From a bacterium (lineage in GTDB: Bacteria; Patescibacteriota; Dojkabacteria; B142; OLB20), in the NCBI GenBank assembly GCA_021463645.1, contig JAJTYI010000006.1, positions 181,692-245,691 on the forward strand: 64,000 nt of DNA, read 5' to 3'. This document shows, piece after piece, positions 50,618-60,456 of the stretch (the first letter of the stretch is position 1; each line of letters opens with the position of its first letter). The notes beneath the pieces were generated by a model, which did no database searches, had not been told where the DNA came from, and saw only the letters and a program-made list of their open reading frames with translations. The position numbers and the translations under genes are program-made.

Positions 50618-51288
50618 TTTTTCGTGTTTAACATATATCCTTTTCCATGAATTGTTTTGAGTATTTTCTTTTGTGGATCAAATTTTTTTCGTAATGTTTT
50701 TATATGAGTCTTTATTGTATCACTAAATGGATTTGCCTCTTCGTCCCAGACATGCTCCAAAAGCTCTTCTGCGGGTATTGTGCGATTTATATTTCGAATC
50801 ATGTACTCTAGCATAGAACATTCTTTCGTAGTGAGTTCAATCTCTTCGCCAGTTTGTGTATCTAATAAAGTGTTTTTGTCTGGGATTAATTCGTAATTTA
50901 GGAATTCTAAATTATGAGTCTTGTTTTCGCTGGACCTGCGAACTATTGCTTTTATCCTGGCAGTCAATTCTTTCAAATTAAATGGTTTTGAGATGTAGTC
51001 GTCTGCACCTGCTTCAAAACCTATTAGTTTGTCATCAATCTGATGTTTTGCGGTTACCATTAAAATCGGTGTGTTGATATTTTGTGCTCTGAGTTTATTT
51101 GAGATGGAAATTCCATCAATTCCCGGGAGGTTGAGATCGAGAAGGATACAATCGTATTGATTAATTTCTGCTTTTGATAACCCTGAAGTCCCTTCATTTG
51201 AATAATCAACAGCAAAACCATAATCAGAAAGAGCCTTGATCAAAGGCCTGGCTAAATCTTCTTCGTCTTCTATCAATAACAATCTCAT
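50614..51288 (-). CDS. OmpR-family response regulator
   Basis: IEDE, LDLNLP, KPF, winged-helix HIKTLRKK..GKGY. Confidence 0.95.
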   Translation of the reverse strand: MRLLLIEDEEDLARPLIKALSDYGFAVDYSNEGTSGLSKAEINQYDCILLDLNLPGIDGISISNKLRAQNINTPILMVTAKHQIDDKLIGFEAGADDYISKPFNLKELTARIKAIVRRSSENKTHNLEFLNYELIPDKNTLLDTQTGEEIELTTKECSMLEYMIRNINRTIPAEELLEHVWDEEANPFSDTIKTHIKTLRKKFDPQKKILKTIHGKGYMLNTKK

Positions 51289-51347
51289 ACTTGTGCCGCC
51301 CACTCCCACATCTTAATCTGATGCAGGAGCGAGGGCGGATTAAAAAA

Positions 51348-51821
51348 TTATTGTACGTGTCTACCCATACCCATTCCGTTTCCTCTTCCCATACCTTGTC
51401 CATTACCTCTTTGGCCGTTCATTGGCATTTCGATGCCTTGTTCTTCTAGCCAGTTTTGGAACTCTTCACGTTCTGCTTGCATTAGTTCGTGCATTTCGGT
51501 TCTTGTTTTACCTTCTGCAAGTAATGCATCTCTTTTAGCCATCATTTCTTCGTGATGTGCCTCAATAACTGCTTTCTGTTCTTCTGTGATAGTACCATCT
51601 TCTACTAAGCCGTTCAATCTTTCTGTATGTCTAGCTTCTCTTTCCTGTGTAAATACATTTTGAACTTCTGTTTTATCTAGATTGAATTTCTCAGATAGAG
51701 TTTCTACCATTGGTGGGTAGGTTTCTGTATCTTGTGCGAATGTTGGCACTGCGACGACTCCAAGAGCTGAGGCTGATACTACAACACCTGCACCTAATAT
51801 TAATAATTTATTTCTATTCAT
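51348..51821 (-). CDS. Secreted helical protein rich in Met/His with a Gly-rich tail
   Basis: Signal peptide; LVEDGTITEEQ; HHEEMM; GQGMGRG tail; first gene of the two-component operon. Confidence 0.7.
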   Translation of the reverse strand: MNRNKLLILGAGVVVSASALGVVAVPTFAQDTETYPPMVETLSEKFNLDKTEVQNVFTQEREARHTERLNGLVEDGTITEEQKAVIEAHHEEMMAKRDALLAEGKTRTEMHELMQAEREEFQNWLEEQGIEMPMNGQRGNGQGMGRGNGMGMGRHVQ

Positions 51822-51924
51822 AGTTAAATAATAATAATTTAAATCTTCACTTAAAACGTATGCTTAATATTAGATCATATATTAATATTAACAAATTAAA
51901 TACAAACATATATTAGACTTTGTT

Positions 51925-51942
51925 AGGTGAAATCAAGGTGAA
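51925..51942 (-). promoter_or_regulatory. Putative OmpR-family binding box
   Basis: AGGTGAA direct repeat with 11-bp period upstream of the 51821-RR-HK operon. Confidence 0.55.
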
Positions 51943-51998
51943 GGTTAATTTTATTTTAATAAACTGCTAAAATCAGACATTAATTAATTGCAAATAAC

Positions 51999-52487
51999 AT
52001 GAAAGAATATCCATACAAATAAAGACTATTGGCAGGAATAATCGACAGTATGTTAATTTCCTTTATCAATTCGATTTATTTATTACCTGCATTGTTCCTC
52101 GCTATTTTACCTCTAATCGCACAAATAACTAGCCAAGCTAGTGTTGACCCTGATTTAGTTGATGGAGCAGGTTTTATTGTGTCCTTTGCATGGTTGATGA
52201 TGTGGTCCTTAATAATTTTTGTCATAAATACGGCATTCGGAGTTTTCTGGCATGTATATAGACCTGCAAAACATAATGGTCAAACATACGGGAAGGAGTG
52301 GATGAAAGTTAAGGTTGTAAAAATAGATAACTCAGAGTTGACGATGAAAAGTCTTTTAATTCGATATGTTGCCTAACTCTTCCTAGCTCAAGCAATCAAT
52401 ATTTTCATGTATATCACTATTTTCATAGACGAAGAGAAAAGAGCAGTTTATGACTTTGTCTCCAACACCAAGGTTGTCAGAGCGTAA
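51999..52487 (+). pseudogene. RDD family protein with two in-frame TAA codons (52020, 52374)
   Basis: MKEYPYK*RLLAGIID...GQTYGK..MKVKVV...RYVA*LFL...KRAVYDFVSNTKVV. Confidence 0.75.
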
Positions 52488-53048
52488 TCAATTAATCGCT
52501 TCTTTCAAATTTTGGAGCTTGTTCTCGAATAAATCTTTAGCTAATGCAATAAGTGCAAAAATCATTGGTGCAAAAACCATATTCCCATACAATTGGTTCT
52601 TCAAGAAAGGAAGGGCATTGATATAGCTGTTCATCAATCCTGAAATTGTATCTGGATACATTGCTGTAGTGACTACAACACCGAAATTTGTCCAAAGGTA
52701 GAAGATTAATACTGATAACAGTGATCCCCCAAGTCCTGCCAACGCTGGGTATGCATTCCCTTTTTCCTTATTAACCCTTGAAAGTGCCACACCTATTAGA
52801 GGTGTCAACAGAAATGCACTCCATGTGAATAGGAAAATCGAAGTATTTCCAATAACTACATCAGAAAGTGCCATTATCACTAATGGTACTATCATCGCTA
52901 ATTTTTTGTTGTTCATAAAATATCCAGCACCCAAGGAGGCGATTGTCACGAATTCGACATTTGGACCAATCGTAAAAATTGTACGAGTGAGGAATCCTAA
53001 TGCGATAAAACTGAGAACTAATACCTTGTCGTTATTTGTTATTTTCAT
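52488..53048 (-). CDS. ECF-type transporter S-component-like membrane protein (DUF6580/CbrT-like), predicted cobalamin uptake
   Basis: PNVEFV, SD..IG, FYLWTNFGV, YINALPF; lies downstream of the B12 riboswitch. Confidence 0.75.
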   Translation of the reverse strand: MKITNNDKVLVLSFIALGFLTRTIFTIGPNVEFVTIASLGAGYFMNNKKLAMIVPLVIMALSDVVIGNTSIFLFTWSAFLLTPLIGVALSRVNKEKGNAYPALAGLGGSLLSVLIFYLWTNFGVVVTTAMYPDTISGLMNSYINALPFLKNQLYGNMVFAPMIFALIALAKDLFENKLQNLKEAIN

Positions 53049-53067
53049 TTTGAAATATTATTTAATA

Positions 53068-53538
53068 TTAGTTAATTGTGTCTAATTCAAAGGAAACTTT
53101 ATCGTCTGCTTTGGGTAAGTACTGAGAAATTCCGACCTGACTTAGTTCTCCGTTAATTTTGAATGACCAGAATTTATTATCTGCGGAAGGATTGTATCCG
53201 TTAATCGAAGTGATGAAAAATGCAGTTTCACCATCCATTTCAAATGAGTCAAACTCAATTTTTAAATTTTCGTTCTCATAGATGACTTTATTTAAGATTT
53301 CATATAGATTCTCACCCTCAGTAAACTCAGCCTCAGTAACAATACTCTCGCCGTTCTGGTCTACGACTGTAATTTCGGTTTTCTGCATTACTTGTGTGAC
53401 TTCTTCCTCTTGTTGGGTTTCTTCAGAATTGTTTATTACTTCTTTTGCCTTATCAAAATACGTACAACCTGTAAGTGTGACTACAGAAAGTAATAAAATA
53501 ACTGCTAAGGGGAGTTTTTTAGATAATGTGTCGCGCAT
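53068..53538 (-). CDS. DUF4430 (transcobalamin-like C-terminal) lipoprotein
   Basis: Lipobox LTGC; FITSING...FWSFKING...VG. Confidence 0.85.
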   Translation of the reverse strand: MRDTLSKKLPLAVILLLSVVTLTGCTYFDKAKEVINNSEETQQEEEVTQVMQKTEITVVDQNGESIVTEAEFTEGENLYEILNKVIYENENLKIEFDSFEMDGETAFFITSINGYNPSADNKFWSFKINGELSQVGISQYLPKADDKVSFELDTIN

Positions 53539-53550
53539 TTAAATGCTGTA

Positions 53551-53577
53551 AAAAATAAAAATTCTCCGAGTAGGAGA
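53551..53577 (-). terminator. Riboswitch expression-platform terminator
   Basis: TCTCC-TACTC-GGAGA followed by a T-rich tract on the minus strand. Confidence 0.5.
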
Positions 53578-53592
53578 CTTTTTAAGATTCCT

Positions 53593-53715
53593 GCTCGGGA
53601 TTGTGGTTCTTACCAGGCTCGGACTTTTCAGTAAAGAACTGAATTACCGTAGCGGCACTGTGCAGGATTTTCACCTGACTTCACCGATAAGAATTTTAGT
53701 CTAGCAAACCCGAGC
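53593..53715 (-). ncRNA. Cobalamin riboswitch (short class II / variant type)
   Basis: Minus strand GGTGAAGTCAGGTGAAAATCCTGCACAGTGCCGCTACGGTAA...AAGTCCGAGCC; closing stem 53607-53616/53684-53693; upstream of B12-uptake-type genes. Confidence 0.85.
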
Positions 53716-53801
53716 GAAGATAGTCAAACTTATCTTTTAAGATTCGAATAAATGTGGTTGAGTTTCGTGTACTAGCTTATTCTATTCTAACGGATGATTG
53801 T

Positions 53802-54062
53802 CTACTCTATATTACCTTGCTCTAAAGCGTTGCCGGTATAACCTATTGCTCCAGCTGTTATCAGGAGTCCTGCGGCAGAAGCCGCTATAGGGACGGGATT
53901 GTCAGTGAATATTGTAAGTGCTAAATTGCCGACTCCAATTAAAAGAGCCACGCCCAGTTCTTTTGTAAGACGAAGTCTTCTTTCTTTGCATATTTTCATG
54001 GCTTCGACACATCCAATGATGAGACCAGAAGCTGCGCCAACAATTTCAGGTAAATTCTCCAT
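53802..54062 (-). CDS. Small hypothetical membrane protein
   Basis: Three hydrophobic segments. Confidence 0.55.
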   Translation of the reverse strand: MENLPEIVGAASGLIIGCVEAMKICKERRLRLTKELGVALLIGVGNLALTIFTDNPVPIAASAAGLLITAGAIGYTGNALEQGNIE

Positions 54063-54072
54063 TATAATAATT

Positions 54073-54396
54073 TTAATTATTTAAAACCTCCCAAGCAATA
54101 ATCCCACCTTTCAAGTCATAGACTTCTTTGAAACCAATTGTTTTCATAATGTCTAAGACTGCTTTCGTACGACTGCCAGTTCTGCAGTATATGAAATAAG
54201 AGTGGTTTTTGTCTAGGTTTTCGAGTTGTTTTTCAAAATCCACTGAATAAAAATCAAAATTGATAGATCCATGTAGATGTTGTTCAGCGTATTCGCCTGG
54301 AGTCCGGATATCAATAAGAGTCCCTTTACGGTCTTCGTGCATCGCTAGAAATGTCTTTGGATCAAGCGAAGAAAAGTTAAGTGATGAAGTAATCAT
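54073..54396 (-). CDS. Rhodanese-like domain protein
   Basis: IDIRT..EY...H; CRTGSR; LKGGIIAW. Confidence 0.92.
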   Translation of the reverse strand: MITSSLNFSSLDPKTFLAMHEDRKGTLIDIRTPGEYAEQHLHGSINFDFYSVDFEKQLENLDKNHSYFIYCRTGSRTKAVLDIMKTIGFKEVYDLKGGIIAWEVLNN

Positions 54397-54424
54397 AATA
54401 AAAAATTTATTTAATTAATTGAAA

Positions 54425-55348
54425 TTATTGACTGTTTACTTGTTGGCTTTGTGAGTTACTGGCGTTACGTTTCTTTAACCTCAGAAGCCAGCCATAGGTG
54501 TGGACTGAGACTACTGCGATAATAGTTACCCAGAAAGTTGTTTGCATAGAAGTCGGTTGCAGTACGAAATAACCTTTCCATGCGTGAAAGATTACTGAGA
54601 GATAGGCGAGATAGACGAGATAATGAAGCTGTTTCCATGCATTAACTCTCAAAAATAACTTTGCGGGGAGACTCCATGGCGCTATCAATACCCAAAAGAT
54701 TATAAAACCAGTAAAGATTACATAATGAAAAGTTTCTAGGTTCAATATTCCGAGTGCACTCAGCCCTAATGTGTAAGCAATGTAGAATAAGAGTAATCCA
54801 GTATGAATCAAGTTGTAATATTTTGTTGGGAGTTTTGTCTGGAAGTAATTTGTCGAAGTAAATGCTAATGCTGATAAAATAATTAATGCAGTGCTACCAA
54901 AGTAATTTGCGCTTAGAGAGTAAATCAACTCTGGATTAAATTCATAATATTTCGCAATCACAAAATTTGCATGAATAAAAGCCAACAAGAAAGAGGCAAC
55001 GCCGACATGTCTTCTATGTCTGAATAACGGTGCAAAGCGTTTGTTTATTCGTGTCAATGGTCCGATAACAAGTGTGATTTGTAAAAATGTAAACGCTGTG
55101 AATGCTGTAGCTTGAACTATATGTCTGGTGTCATCGAGATTGGGATACATTAATTGATGGAGGAAAACATTGCCTGCAATCAGGAAAAGAAGAATCATAT
55201 CAACCCAATTTTTAGCTAATAGGCTTAGTAAGATTAGCACACCTAAAAGAATCCAGAAAACAACCAAAGTCGGAAAGAGGATTGGAGCAAGTAAAGCATA
55301 GAAGAGGCAAAGTGCAATTGTTGTGTAAACCTGGATTTTCTTATTCAT
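54425..55348 (-). CDS. Ferric reductase-like transmembrane protein (MsrQ-like)
   Basis: RRHVGV, LAFTS, WKQLHYLVY..H. Confidence 0.82.
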   Translation of the reverse strand: MNKKIQVYTTIALCLFYALLAPILFPTLVVFWILLGVLILLSLLAKNWVDMILLFLIAGNVFLHQLMYPNLDDTRHIVQATAFTAFTFLQITLVIGPLTRINKRFAPLFRHRRHVGVASFLLAFIHANFVIAKYYEFNPELIYSLSANYFGSTALIILSALAFTSTNYFQTKLPTKYYNLIHTGLLLFYIAYTLGLSALGILNLETFHYVIFTGFIIFWVLIAPWSLPAKLFLRVNAWKQLHYLVYLAYLSVIFHAWKGYFVLQPTSMQTTFWVTIIAVVSVHTYGWLLRLKKRNASNSQSQQVNSQ

Positions 55349-55544
55349 CTGATAATTGTTGTTATAAAAGTCTTATTTTGTCTGATTACTTGGTATCAGT
55401 CAAAATGGTCTAACTATGATAATACATTCTCACTTTTTAGGGTAGTGAAAACAAGTGCATTAAAATAAATAATACACTTGAGAAAGTTTGAATCATTCAG
55501 TTTCAGTTTGAAATTCTCAGCCGGCTTTTCAGATATCTCTTGGA

Positions 55545-56039
55545 TTAAGTTTGATAGAGTTCTGGTTTTAACCATTCATATTGATTCTTGTTGTAAGCGT
55601 ATTTTTCAAAGTTGAATTTCGTCAATTTAGAATCAGGTTTCGAACGTAAGTATTGCTCGATAAATTCTTTACTCAAATCTTCGTCAACATTCTCTGCCAG
55701 TTCAAAAAAGTTCTCATTAAGTAATGTTATTCCTGAGTCAATTTGGGGAATATCTTGATCAGTGGATTTATTTATCAATGAGAGTTTCAGGTAGGGTTTC
55801 TGTTTAAAAGATTGGATTTCTATGTAATTAACTGAATTGTTGAATCGATTACTACTCGTAGCAATCAGTCCGAAAATATTTTCATCGGAACTCGTCCAGA
55901 CACGGATAACATCATTATGATTGATTTCGTTACCAAATATCTTTACACCAGCTGACAAATCCTCTTTCACTTTTGACATTAACAACGAAATATCTGGCTT
56001 TGAAATTGTTTTATTGTTCGAGCTTTGAAGATCCATCAT
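55545..56039 (-). CDS. Hypothetical protein
   Basis: Overlaps the LCP stop codon (ATGA). Confidence 0.55.
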   Translation of the reverse strand: MMDLQSSNNKTISKPDISLLMSKVKEDLSAGVKIFGNEINHNDVIRVWTSSDENIFGLIATSSNRFNNSVNYIEIQSFKQKPYLKLSLINKSTDQDIPQIDSGITLLNENFFELAENVDEDLSKEFIEQYLRSKPDSKLTKFNFEKYAYNKNQYEWLKPELYQT

Positions 56040-57526
56040 TGAGGTGAGGGAAGAAGTATTGTGAAGTCTTCTTTGTTCAACCTATATCTTTGGTAAGGCT
56101 TACCATCTACAATATTAGTACTTAAGTTCTCAGAGAGATACTGACGAGTAGCGGGCAACTCACCATCAGAGAAATCTAAGATAATTATTGAGTTTTGATT
56201 TTTGAATTCTTTGGATAGAGTTACGAGATACTTACTGTTGGTAATTCTAAGCGGAGGTTCATTGGATGAGAAGTCAACGAACTTGGGATAATCGAAATAT
56301 AATTTACCTTTTAGATTTGCAGTACCGTATGCAAATACTTCAGCATTTTCCTCATAAACGATAGGGTTTCCAATAATGCTTTTAATTAATTCCTGAATTC
56401 TACAAAATTCATTTCCCGGGCAATCTTTCCAATGAGTAGGAACCATGTAATATGGGCCACCAGGTCTATCGTGTGGCTGTTTATTTAAATATTTTTCGCT
56501 ACCTCCAATTTCGGGATCGAGCACAATATTAATAACCTTGTCCAAATCAAACTTCTCAATTAGTTTAGTGCCGGCAAGGATTTCTTTGACTGTTAATTCG
56601 CTAACAAGTGTTTTTTCGCGATAAATTTTGTAGAGGTCTGTGAGTTTATTCGGATCAAGCAATGTCTCAGAAGTTAGTGCTCTATTTAATACGGCTTCAA
56701 TCACAATTTGTTGTCTTCGTGCTCGACCAAAATCTGAGGTAAGTTGTCTGACTCGAACGTATTTTAAGGCATCTTCACTACTCAGAAATATTTTGCCTTT
56801 CTTGAAATAAACATTTTCCCAACCGTAATCATTGAAAGGGTATACATCCCAAACATCTGCTGGATTATCCACGAAAATACCGACTTCACCTGTTTCTGGG
56901 TTAGTTTCTCCGACTGTTTCTATTGCCTCCACAAAACTGTCCAATGTAACGAAGATATGGTACTGGATTGGGATTCCTGTTACAGAGGTGACTGTATCTT
57001 TCAATTCTTCAATTCCACGACCAGGGCAGTTTGCATTTTCAGTTTTATCATAAATCCAGTGTATGCTACCGCTAAATTTGAGACATTCTTCCCTGAAATC
57101 TACACCCAAATCTCTAGGAATACTTATCATAGTAAGTTTTTCAGTTTCGTGGTCGTAAACCACTTGAATAATTGTGTCTATATTACGAGTTCCTGCTTGA
57201 CCTTTAGGGTCTGTACTTTTAAACTCACCATCTTCAAATATTATGTCTCGAGTGTCTACTCCAGCAATTAATACCGAAGTTACCTTATTATCATTTTTCA
57301 ACTCTAAATCAACAAATTTATCTACAAATTGAGTCCCTGTAGATATTGCACGAATTAAACTGCTTCTAGAAAATAATTCTGCACCAGAAAAGAAAAAGTA
57401 ATCAACCAAGAAAAACATTCCAAACATAATCACAAAGAGGAAGGGATAGAGTATGAATTTGGCTCTTTTCCTTAGACGTTTCTTGGGCTGATTTTTTTGC
57501 ACTTTATTAATTTCGACTTTATACAC
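56036..57526 (-). CDS. LCP (LytR-CpsA-Psr) family protein
   Basis: GVD.R, DTII, ISIPRD, YVRVR..SDFGRARRQQ. Confidence 0.93.
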   Translation of the reverse strand: MYKVEINKVQKNQPKKRLRKRAKFILYPFLFVIMFGMFFLVDYFFFSGAELFSRSSLIRAISTGTQFVDKFVDLELKNDNKVTSVLIAGVDTRDIIFEDGEFKSTDPKGQAGTRNIDTIIQVVYDHETEKLTMISIPRDLGVDFREECLKFSGSIHWIYDKTENANCPGRGIEELKDTVTSVTGIPIQYHIFVTLDSFVEAIETVGETNPETGEVGIFVDNPADVWDVYPFNDYGWENVYFKKGKIFLSSEDALKYVRVRQLTSDFGRARRQQIVIEAVLNRALTSETLLDPNKLTDLYKIYREKTLVSELTVKEILAGTKLIEKFDLDKVINIVLDPEIGGSEKYLNKQPHDRPGGPYYMVPTHWKDCPGNEFCRIQELIKSIIGNPIVYEENAEVFAYGTANLKGKLYFDYPKFVDFSSNEPPLRITNSKYLVTLSKEFKNQNSIIILDFSDGELPATRQYLSENLSTNIVDGKPYQRYRLNKEDFTILLPSPQ

Positions 57527-57579
57527 AGGAATAGTGCTTATGTAATAGCTTGGATAATTACTCTATCATAGCGAGTGAA

Positions 57580-58020
57580 TCAATCCAACTCTTTAGTTTT
57601 TCGCAGATGATTTACAAGAATTGCAACAGCTGCACTAATTAGTACAATATTTTTAATAATATACTGTCCCTCAAGCGAGAATCCGTAGGGAAATTTTGTA
57701 AATACTGTATCGGTCAGTGTAATAAATGGAGTAAATGTGCCTCCCATATGGAGTATAAATATCCAAAAAGTAATTTTCGTTAGTCTTGGAATTAGAAACA
57801 TAATACCCAAAACTGTTTCCCAAACTCCTAAAAAGATAAAAAATGGTTCTCTCGGAAGGAAATATATTGAATTTGCTACCAAATCTGCAGCTGGACTTGA
57901 GTCGAATGGTTTTAGAATACCAAACCAAATGTAAATGATGGCGATTGAAATCCTCAGAAACCAATCCGAATAATTATTAAAAATTGTATAAACCTTTTGT
58001 TCAACGGAATGTAGATTCAT
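57580..58020 (-). CDS. DoxX-like membrane protein
   Basis: LRISIAIIYIWFGILK; EGQYIIKN. Confidence 0.8.
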   Translation of the reverse strand: MNLHSVEQKVYTIFNNYSDWFLRISIAIIYIWFGILKPFDSSPAADLVANSIYFLPREPFFIFLGVWETVLGIMFLIPRLTKITFWIFILHMGGTFTPFITLTDTVFTKFPYGFSLEGQYIIKNIVLISAAVAILVNHLRKTKELD

Positions 58021-58206
58021 TTTTCTGAGTAATAAGTTAGAACAAATTATAATAATAATTAGCTTTAATGTTAAGTTTTTTGAAAGTGAGATTCTAAATA
58101 CTTTGTTACGATTCATTGGAGAAAATAAAACTAGCAATTACTAATATTTACTACTCCAATTCCTTGTGTTAGGATAAATTAAACAATTAATTATTACCCC
58201 AATTCA

Positions 58207-59454
58207 ATGTTAAGAAGATTTTTCACCGTTCTCACTGGAGGATTGTTTTTGTTTATAGTATTTCCTTTCGGTAACGTAGATGCGCTTGTTATCGAGAGCG
58301 TAAAAGATGATACTCAAATCGTAGTTACAAATGATGTTGATGATGATTTGTTGTTAAAGGGTGAAGGTATGATCACTGTCGATGGGGATGTGAACGGTGA
58401 TTTAATAATTCTAGGAGAAACAGTAAAAGTAACTGGTGATGTAGAAGGGAATGTTTATATTTTCGGGAGTACAGTAACCATAGAAAGTATTGTTGGTAAG
58501 AGTGTATACGTAATTAGTGGTACTACTTTTTTGAATGGTGAAGTTTATAGAGATGTATATCTAATGGGTGGAAGTGTTCATTTGAGTGGCCCAGTTAAAG
58601 AAGATGTAATCATTGCAGGAGGAGATGTTTATGTTCAAGGTGAAGTAGGAGACGACATAAGAGCTTTTACAGGAACAATGCGAGTTAATACTACTGTAGG
58701 TGGAGATATTGTCTCTGCTAGTGGAAATACAATTATTGGAGGAACGGTTCAAGGTAGTGTGATTTCTACTGGAGCAACTGATTTGCAAGATTCTATTGTT
58801 GAAGGAGATTTTGTCGCTTACACTGACAAAAATGATGTTGTTAAATATTCTGAAAGTACAATACAAGGAGAGCGTTCAATCAAAGGATATGAGCAGTTTG
58901 GGGAGTTCTTTAAAACTAACAATACTTCTATCACAAGCACCTTAATTGAAGATATTTGGACAAAAACATTTTGGTCTATGTTTCAATGTGTCGGAACTGT
59001 GATTTTAGGGTATCTTCTTTTCAAATTTGCTCCAGTTAGACTCGAGAATACATTGGCAAAGATGAATGACACCCAAGAAGTTCTAAAGAGTTTCTTGATT
59101 GGATTTTTTGCTTTCCCGGTTGGAATATTCATAGTCATCTTCCTGGCATTATCTATAATCGGTTGGCCGATTCTGAAAGTAATAGTACTGCTAGCATTGC
59201 TTTCGACTTCTGTGGTGACACCCATATCTGGAATCATTTTGGGAAGGAAAATCCTACCGTTAATTGGTAGTAAAAGAAGATATGTCGTTCCTTTAACACT
59301 TGGTGTTGTGATAATTCAAATCATCAGTACAATCCCTATTCTTGGATGGTTTTTCTATCAAAGTGTCGTATTTGTTGTTATTGGAGCAATGCTTCGTATG
59401 CAGTGGGGTAAATACCAAATTGCACAGAAGATGACGGTAAAGGTAACAAAGTAA
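58207..59454 (+). CDS. Membrane protein with bactofilin-like beta-helix repeats
   Basis: Signal peptide, repeated G.V.GD units, C-terminal multi-TM domain. Confidence 0.75.
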   Translation: MLRRFFTVLTGGLFLFIVFPFGNVDALVIESVKDDTQIVVTNDVDDDLLLKGEGMITVDGDVNGDLIILGETVKVTGDVEGNVYIFGSTVTIESIVGKSVYVISGTTFLNGEVYRDVYLMGGSVHLSGPVKEDVIIAGGDVYVQGEVGDDIRAFTGTMRVNTTVGGDIVSASGNTIIGGTVQGSVISTGATDLQDSIVEGDFVAYTDKNDVVKYSESTIQGERSIKGYEQFGEFFKTNNTSITSTLIEDIWTKTFWSMFQCVGTVILGYLLFKFAPVRLENTLAKMNDTQEVLKSFLIGFFAFPVGIFIVIFLALSIIGWPILKVIVLLALLSTSVVTPISGIILGRKILPLIGSKRRYVVPLTLGVVIIQIISTIPILGWFFYQSVVFVVIGAMLRMQWGKYQIAQKMTVKVTK

Positions 59455-59525
59455 TTTTCTAATTGATAAAAAGAGAGCAGGCTAAAATCTGTTATGAATT
59501 TTTGTTGCCTGTTATCTTCCGCTAA

Positions 59526-60026
59526 TTATTTGTTTTCCACCAACTTCATCAACTCATAGCAGACCATCACATCATTTAGTGCTCTATGGGATTGTAGCTC
59601 GAGTCCGAGATATTCTTTAATAGTGGTTAATCGGAAATTAGTAATCGGAAGATTTGACCTCCTCGCAACTTGCACAGTACATAGTTTTGGGTTATCTAAT
59701 TCGGGAATCTCATACCGACCAAATTCTGCATTCAGAAAACGATAGTCGAAATTTACATTGTGTGCTACAAATGTACTATGACCAATAAAATCCTTTACTT
59801 CTTTAAAAACTTCTTCTGGTTCACGCCCGTCGTTATTTAAGTCTTGTTTGGTAATTCCAGTAATTTGTGTGATCAAAGAGGGGACATCCCCAGGAATGTT
59901 AATCAAAGTTGAATATTCTGAAACAATCTTCCCTTTGGAAATTTTGATTGCAGCAACTTCTATGACTCTATGGTAGTTGCAATTTAATCCGGTGGTTTCT
60001 GTATCGATTATTACCAAATCATCCAT
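59526..60026 (-). CDS. DEDDh 3'-5' exonuclease (DnaQ-like)
   Basis: DTETTG, AHNVNFD, HRALND. Confidence 0.93.
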   Translation of the reverse strand: MDDLVIIDTETTGLNCNYHRVIEVAAIKISKGKIVSEYSTLINIPGDVPSLITQITGITKQDLNNDGREPEEVFKEVKDFIGHSTFVAHNVNFDYRFLNAEFGRYEIPELDNPKLCTVQVARRSNLPITNFRLTTIKEYLGLELQSHRALNDVMVCYELMKLVENK

Positions 60027-60423
60027 TAGACTTCCTTTCAATCATGATGCAGGCCTCATGAATACTTTCAATTTCATTTATTTTGCAGTATTCGAGTGCT
60101 TCAGGGCTCTCACTTCCAGGCTGAAACCATACATTTTTAATTCCCAACTCATTAACTTCTCTTAAAACCTCTAAAGTGACATGTGGTGGAACTACAAAAA
60201 TAACTACATCAATTTTTTCATTAATATCTGACAATTGTGTGTAGACTTTGTGACCTAAAATCTCAGTCTCGTTTGGATTTACAGGATAGACATCATAACC
60301 TGCACTAGTTAAGTCCTTGAAAACCCTGTGTCCATATTTTTCCGGATTTTTCGAGACACCGATAACAGCATAAATATTCTTTTTGTCTATAAGTGAGTGC
60401 ATTTCTTGAGTATTGAATATCAT
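60019..60423 (-). CDS. CoA-binding protein (YccU-like)
   Basis: AVIGVS..PEK, VYPVNP, VWFQPG, ACIM. Confidence 0.9.
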   Translation of the reverse strand: MIFNTQEMHSLIDKKNIYAVIGVSKNPEKYGHRVFKDLTSAGYDVYPVNPNETEILGHKVYTQLSDINEKIDVVIFVVPPHVTLEVLREVNELGIKNVWFQPGSESPEALEYCKINEIESIHEACIMIERKSNG

Positions 60424-60456
60424 TATTATACAGTATAAGTATATTAAAAATTTCTT

